From contig CM097882.1 of NCBI GenBank assembly GCA_044892505.1, forward strand, positions 239,382,001 through 239,446,000: a stretch of DNA of 64,000 bases, given 5' to 3'. Within the stretch, counting starts at the first letter, position 1. Every line of letters starts with the position of its first letter. Shown one piece after another: positions 57,701 to 64,000 of this stretch. This DNA is from Schmidtea nova. Taxonomy: Eukaryota. The position numbers were made by a program, and so were the translations under genes. Under the pieces are notes generated by a model. That model was not told where the DNA came from, searched no databases, and saw only the letters and a program-made list of their open reading frames with translations.

Positions 57701-60700
57701 CTTTGGTAACAGAACCCTTTATGTGATGGTCTTTGATCCCAAAGGCTTTTCACTTGAACATATTTTTAATAAGAAATATACTTTTTTTAAAGTAAAATTG
57801 ATAATTTTTTACTATAAAATGATATCATAAACCTTGATAGCAGAACATTTGGTAACATAACCTATTTGTGATGGTTTTTGAGCTTATCTTCAAACCAATG
57901 TATGATCACATGAATTTCACTATATTTGATAATGTCCATGATAAAAATGCTACCTTGCTAGAAATGCTCATGTTACCCAGTAAACTATCATTTTAACACA
58001 TATCAAATAAGACAATATTTACTCTGATTTACTTCAACAAATGTAATTCCTTTACCTGACTAACAAAGTTAATGAGTACCAGAACCCTAGTAGCAGAATT
58101 TTGATGATTAAAAACCCATCTGCATTGTTTTGGGCACATTTATTCAATATTTTTTCAAATTATATATGTATAACAAATTACCATTTAATTTTAGATTGTC
58201 AAATTTAACATCAAATGAAAACTTTTAATTATTTTCATTTTAAAGTTGAATTTTAGAAAAACTGATGAAAATTTTAATATCCAAGAGCTTTATCAATTAA
58301 AAGAATATATTGAACTCCAGAGATTATACCATTTCGAATATGGATGTCAACTGGGATCGATCTTATGTAAAATGTAAAATCTGCATTGATCTGTTGACGA
58401 CTTATCATTTTGAGGAAGGAGTTGGGAAAATATCATTTCACATGTAATGTGTATAATTAATAAATCAGTCAATTTGTCTTTTTTTTTAAAGTTTTTATTA
58501 AAAATATTTCACTGGTTAATTTTAAAATTTCGGGATATTATTAAAACAATTTGCATGAAATACGAGTACAACAAACATGAAGTGACTCACATAGGCATGC
58601 ACCTCAACAAAGGCATATCATGAATAATTCACACATGTCTCATACAGGTCACAATCATTTCTCGTATACACCCACTGACCTTGCCTTATTATTATTGGAA
58701 ATATTTTAGAAAATTCTGAGAAATGTTACAACTTGTGGTCATTATTGAATCAATGCATTTGATAGTGTGTGCAATTTATTCCATTAACCTCATCGATTTA
58801 TCAACTGTTGCCAAATACTACTAAAAACGACAAAATGTTTACTAAAAAATAAGCACAAAAACCCTAAACAGGTATGTTTTCACTAAGAAATCCCTCTTAT
58901 TTACACATAAATTACTAACTAAATTACCTGTCAATTACGATTCCATCCAATAAAACTTTATACTATAACTGTGATATACCCAATGATACCGCCATTATTC
59001 TATCAGTTTTGACTCATCGCATTCCATGTTATAAGATAGTACAATTTGTCTATCAGTTTTCACCCATCTGGTTCCCAAGATAGCGTAATTCGCCTATCCA
59101 ATTTCACCCATCACATTATTAAAATAGCGCCATTTACCTATCAGTTTTATCCCATCACATTCCAAGTAATAAGATGACGCCATTTACCTATCAGCTTTGT
59201 CCCATCACATTCCAAGATAGCGTCATTCGCCTATCCATTTTCACCCATCGCATCTCATGTAATAATATAGTACCATTTACCTATCAGCTTTGACCCATCT
59301 GGTTCCCAAATCCGATAAAATTAATCCCAATGTTTGATAAAAAACACACGTGTATGTTAATTTGTATATAAAATATTAAATATAGTACAATTACGAACCC
59401 ATCCATTAAAATTCAACAACCGTTAATATGTCGATATCATCTATGACCCATTAAATTCCATGTAATAAGATGCCGCCATCAACATTGATACACGGGGTTC
59501 CGATCAAATTAGTCTGAATGTTTGATAAAAAACACATAAATATAGCCATTGGACGTAAGATTTACATACTCCAACATGTTTAACTGATAATAATTAGTCA
59601 TTCAAGAACCATTTTTATTAAAAGTTCAATGAAAAACTCCTATTTTTTCATCAAAATTAGACAGTTCAACTAAATCTAAAATTAAATCTAAAGTTAAAAT
59701 AAAATTTATTACAAACTCTAAAATCTTAATATAAGTTAGATTGTAAATTAAATAAAAATTTTCAAAGTTATATTACAAATTATAGTTTAAATAAAAATTT
59801 TCAAAGTTATATTATAGTTTACATTAATTTATAAGTTTAATTTAGGTTAATGCAAAGCTTAAGTAAAAACTTTTTAAATAATAAATTAATCAAGTAAGTC
59901 TTTTTGTTTTATTATTTCAAATTAATTATTTTATTTTAGATGAAATTCAAAATTAAGAGTAAGAAATCTTTTAATTTTTAACTAATTAATTACTTTTTAT
60001 TTAGATGTTATTTTAAATGAAATTGGATAATTGTAAGTTTATTTTTTATTTATAAATATACTTTTAATTTAGATAATTTAGGTATGATGAAATGTTTAAT
60101 ATATGGAGGAAAAAATTCAAAATCGGTTATGTAAGTATTTTTATTTTAAAGTAATTAAATTAAGATTAAGATTAACATAAATTATTTGTGTAATATTTTA
60201 GCTAATTTTTGTAATTAAGTATAATTTTTTCAAATTCTTACATTTTTAAGGGAATTATTATCACAACAAATTTCATTAGTCAATTTAATAATAATTAATC
60301 TTAGCATTAATTTTAAATTGACTTTTTATTTTATTAAATCTTTACACTAATACGAATTAAACAAATTACTTTTAGTTTTGCTAATTTAAATTTAATTTTG
60401 TATTTTAGTAAATTTTGTTATTATTTTTTAAATAAATGCATTTTAATGCAAACAATAAATTAAAACAAATTTAATTAGTAAATTTTATAATAATTAAACT
60501 TAATAATTTTAAATTAACTTTTTATAAATATTTTAAATTTCCGCAGTTTAAGGAAAATAAATAATTTAAACAAGATTAATTTAACTTTAAGTAATTATTT
60601 TAGAAAACATTTTGTATTTCAGTGTAAACTAATAATTTAAATAATGTTTAGTTAAATTAGTAATAGTTTTTTTTTAAATAAATGTATTTCAGTACAAACA

Positions 60701-60939
60701 ATTAATTAAAACAAATATGATATTTATTAATAATTTTATTTTAGATAATTATTTCAACGAGCCGGGAGAAACTTTTGGGACTGGTAATTTATTTGAAAAT
60801 TAAATTATTTATTAATTTTAGATAAAACTAGATGCTTGAGGACAAAAAGAAGAGAAAAATTTAATTTGTTTTTTATTTTAAAATATATTAGGGTGGGTGG
60901 GTTTGTTTTCACCCTTTATTTTTTTCGAAGCATGCCAGT

Positions 60940-61322
60940 CGTTGTGGTGGGCGACCGTAATCCAACCAAATTGGAGGCCTCTGCGATGTTTGCTTATTTT
61001 TTGACAACATATTAATTAAATTCGGTCATTAGTGTCTATGACGATAACTTGCCGACACATTCATGGCGTATGAAACACTACGTTGTAGATGATGTCTTGG
61101 TAGCTCGCTACCCTTGATTATCCGAGACGTGATCGCTATAGATAGCGAACTATTGATGCCCAGGTCCTATTGACCCCACTTTGGGGGAGGCACCGACGAC
61201 CTTTGTGGACGCGATTACTTGCCCAGCGTGTCTTTTAGGCACAGGCATTTAATCACCGCTCTTTAGGACTGGCAATATTAAAGCACATGTTCTTTATCTT
61301 GTCTTCTCTTTCCTTGATATAG

Positions 61323-61353
<31 letters not shown>

Positions 61354-61366
61354 GTAATAAATAATC

Positions 61367-61410
<44 letters not shown>

Positions 61411-61448
61411 TGTAATATTAATAATTGTAATAAAATTAATAATAAAAG

Positions 61449-61500
<52 letters not shown>
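60940..61500 (+). mobile_element. Possible SINE/LINE 3' fragment ending in a (TAA)n tail (mirror ~49850-50390)
   Basis: GC-richer ~380-bp island ending directly in TAATAATAA repeats; no coding motif recognised. Confidence 0.3.
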
Positions 61501-61504
<4 letters not shown>

Positions 61505-62061
61505 TACTAATTGTAATAAAAAAATAATTATAAAAAAATAATATTAAATAAAATAATAATACTTATAAAATATTATTAGTAATAAAAATAATATTAAATA
61601 AAATAATAAAATAAAAAAAAAATTATTTAAAACTTTTGAAAATTGCGCTAAAAATTTACTTTGATTAAACAAAATGACGCTTTAATTCAAAAAATTGCGA
61701 CAAAAAATTTTAACTAAAATTCAAAAAAAAAATGCGGTAAAATTCAAAAATTGCGCCAAAAAAATAATTATTTACTTTATTTAAACAAACGGCAATAAAA
61801 TTCAAAAATTGCGCCAAAAAATTAAAATTAAAACAAAAAAATGACCTCGACCTCGAAATGACCTTGACCTTTGACCTCGATTACGTAATCATGACGTCAT
61901 AATTTGTGTGCTATGTAAAAGGCCGAGAAATATTACGTAATAACGTGTGTGCTATGTAAACCCGAGAATTGCGTAATCATGTGTGCTATGTAAAGTCCGA
62001 GCGATTACGTAATATACACACATAGGGGGTAGTGGATCTGGACCGCTCATAGCCTCCTACT

Positions 62062-63529
62062 GTCTTCCTTCTGAAATCTTGGGTTTCTCTACTTTCTCAT
62101 GCTGATAGGCAGCACTTGTTGACGGGGTTGGTATAGATAATTCCTTACTTTCCCTTTGCTGATTGGCAGCGCTTGTTAATGGAACTTCCTTGACAATAAT
62201 TGATGTTTCACTTTCCATCTCGGTGTCTTTATCACACGATTCGTATTCATCCTCTTCCATAATAGAAATTTCTGGGGGCGGTAATAATTCTTCTACTTCC
62301 TAGATGTTTCTTGCTGAAACCGGGATTGAGGGTAATTTCCTTTTCTGAATATAGGTTTGGTCAACTACTATCATTTTCGTTGCCGATGAGAGATCGTATT
62401 TTTTCAGCGGAACTACGACATGGTCCATCCACTCATTTCGGATGTGTAGGTAAATTGCACGTATGGTTAGGGCTTCATTTGTCACTACTAAATTATTCGG
62501 ATCATCTTGAATCGTTCGTAGGATAGTCTTTGCTAAAAACCCCAAATGGTAATAACCGTGTATTTTCGGAACTCCACGCGATTCCAACAATTTATTTGAA
62601 GCTACTGGTAGATGTGCTACCGATAACAACTCTTTTACACAGATTCCTACAACGATCTTTTTATCGCATATCTTTCTAATAATGTGGTGACACTCGTCCT
62701 CGTCCATGTGTCCTCTTACGTCTGGCTCTTTGAGTTTATATTGATGGGTTTGATAATGTTTGACTGGGTCTCTGGATGTTACAATGGTGGATAATAAACT
62801 ATTCCCTTTTATGTCCAATATGGCGATTTGGATAAGGGCATCCTTCATTTCGATCCCTGATTTGGCAAATCCGGCTGCAACGAATACTGTAGATTCATCT
62901 TCTTCCATTTTACTCATTCTTTTCCTCACGAATGATTTGTTTCCTTTAATATCCGCTTCATTGGTATTATATACCCATGTTGGTTCATTGACATTAACTA
63001 TAGGATAAGGTTTTACATAATTCAATATCTCCAAACACACTATGGTGTCGTTACCCAAAGCCGAAATGACAATATTCTTTTCTCTTCCATCAGAATGTGT
63101 CATTTCTAATGTGCTATACTTCTGCAGCTCTATCGGTGTATCTACTCCAGCTAGTAGAACAGTATTGGGTTTATTAATTGCATGTATCCATATATTTTCT
63201 GTTTCTGGGTGTGTTTTGAATTCACGGAACAAATTGATTAACTTGACCCTGTTCTGGTCATTTATCACTGTTATCATCATCTGTCGTCTGGGTGCCCTTG
63301 GAAATTAAAAATCGTTAGGTATATCCGCCCTCCTGGGATAAAACCAATAATTCGCTACTAGGCGATTTATCTTTGCGGTAATCGCAACCAAGATAAGTTT
63401 GTATACAAATTCTTCTTTAAAAGTTGAATAAACTTCAATTGTACTCTGGGTCTGAGAATTGTAGGTTTGAATTGAATGTTTCATCTGAATTCTTACTTTT
63501 CTAAATCTAGAATATAAAATTATTAACAT
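62062..63529 (-). pseudogene. N-terminal part of the same decayed ORF, containing a REX4/ISG20-like DEDDh exonuclease fold lacking catalytic residues
   Basis: ORFs 63305-63529, 62300-63280 and 62057-62260 are in one frame separated by single stops; ALIQIAILDIKGNSLLSTIVTSRDPVKHYQT...KICDKKIVVG...LGFLAKTIL resembles the REX4/ISG20 pattern. Confidence 0.6.
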
Positions 63530-63689
63530 ATTTTATCACCAACGTGATAGAGTCTCCCAGGGTATCGCTTTATGACATACGCTGATGTCTTTAAACTCAT
63601 GCTTCTCTGAGCTTATAAATAATATTTTAAAAATATAAATATACATATATATATACACATTACTTACAGCTGTGGTGAGGCTTCTTCCC

Positions 63690-63941
63690 TTATACCTCAG
63701 TCTCGTAGTAATTCTCCCAATAACGTTTATCTCTTAAAGTTAACCTAAACATCCCAAGGGTTGCTATGACTAATACTAAAACCATACTAGTTACTCCCCA
63801 TATTATAACTATAAATATCCAATTTGGCATCTTATCTTGTAACATCCCCCTAGTTTCTCTTTGACAGATACAATTAGTTAGAAGTTTATTTACACGAGGT
63901 TGCATTTCACTCACTACCTTTCTTAGGTTCCTCAAATCCAT
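63690..63941 (-). CDS. Small membrane protein or C-terminal remnant of one (outer element accessory ORF)
   Basis: TM WIFIVIIWGVTSMVLVLVIATLGMF; the frame continues upstream through one TAG to the window edge. Confidence 0.45.
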   Translation of the reverse strand: MDLRNLRKVVSEMQPRVNKLLTNCICQRETRGMLQDKMPNWIFIVIIWGVTSMVLVLVIATLGMFRLTLRDKRYWENYYETEV

Positions 63942-64000
63942 TTGGCTTATTCCTTTAAACCCAGGAATATTTACTAATCTAGCTCTCTATTGCTTGCTAG

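Larger units (their letters stand above)
49675..61666. repeat. Contiguous ~12-kb inverted repeat (arms mirror about 55668; 151-bp spacer)
   Basis: Mirror ORF pairs 53851-54069/57267-57485 and 54960-55148/56188-56376 sum to 111336; arms differ by scattered SNPs and a 22-bp deletion at ~58800. Confidence 0.95.
19934..62061. mobile_element. Non-coding fold-back (palindromic) element with Polinton/Maverick-type termini; 12,793 bp once the nested LTR element is removed
   Basis: Termini AGTAGGAGGCTATGAG... and ...CTCATAGCCTCCTACT; 6-bp direct repeat GTCTTC at 19928-19933 and 62062-62067; left arm 19934-20339 + 49675-55592, right arm 55744-62061; spacer 55593-55743. Confidence 0.8.

Noticed and set aside
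19934-62061. Autonomous Polinton/Maverick
   Set aside because: No pPolB, integrase, ATPase, protease or capsid ORFs between the termini; only the ends and TSD fit.

Overview
AT-rich eukaryotic (probably invertebrate) DNA made almost entirely of nested mobile elements; no prokaryotic features, rRNA, tRNA genes or CRISPR seen. (1) Centrepiece: an intact, very recently inserted 29,331-bp Ty3/gypsy-type LTR retrotransposon (20340-49670, +) with ~3.07-kb LTRs, a tRNA-Pro-like PBS and a 4-bp TSD (AATC). One 5638-codon ORF runs Gag(3xCCHC) - 4 ubiquitin-like domains - Bcl-2-like domain - signal peptide - chuvirus/class III-like fusion glycoprotein - TM - PR - RT - RNase H - IN - ankyrin repeats - two duplicated Cys-rich FN3-like membrane-protein modules. 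Separate ORFs encode an IAP-type RING protein, a full-length TRAF, two coiled-coil proteins, a small membrane protein and two LTR-internal proteins. (2) This element sits in the left arm of a ~12.8-kb non-coding fold-back (19934-62061) with ~6.3-kb inverted arms, a 151-bp spacer, Polinton/Maverick-type AGTAGG termini and a 6-bp TSD (GTCTTC). (3) The fold-back in turn splits a decayed ORF, containing a catalytically dead REX4/ISG20-like exonuclease domain, of an older minus-strand LTR element. (4) Positions 1-16827 are a near-identical second copy of 20136-36964 ending at an N gap, most likely an uncollapsed haplotype or assembly duplicate. All domain calls come from motif recognition by eye; no database search was run.
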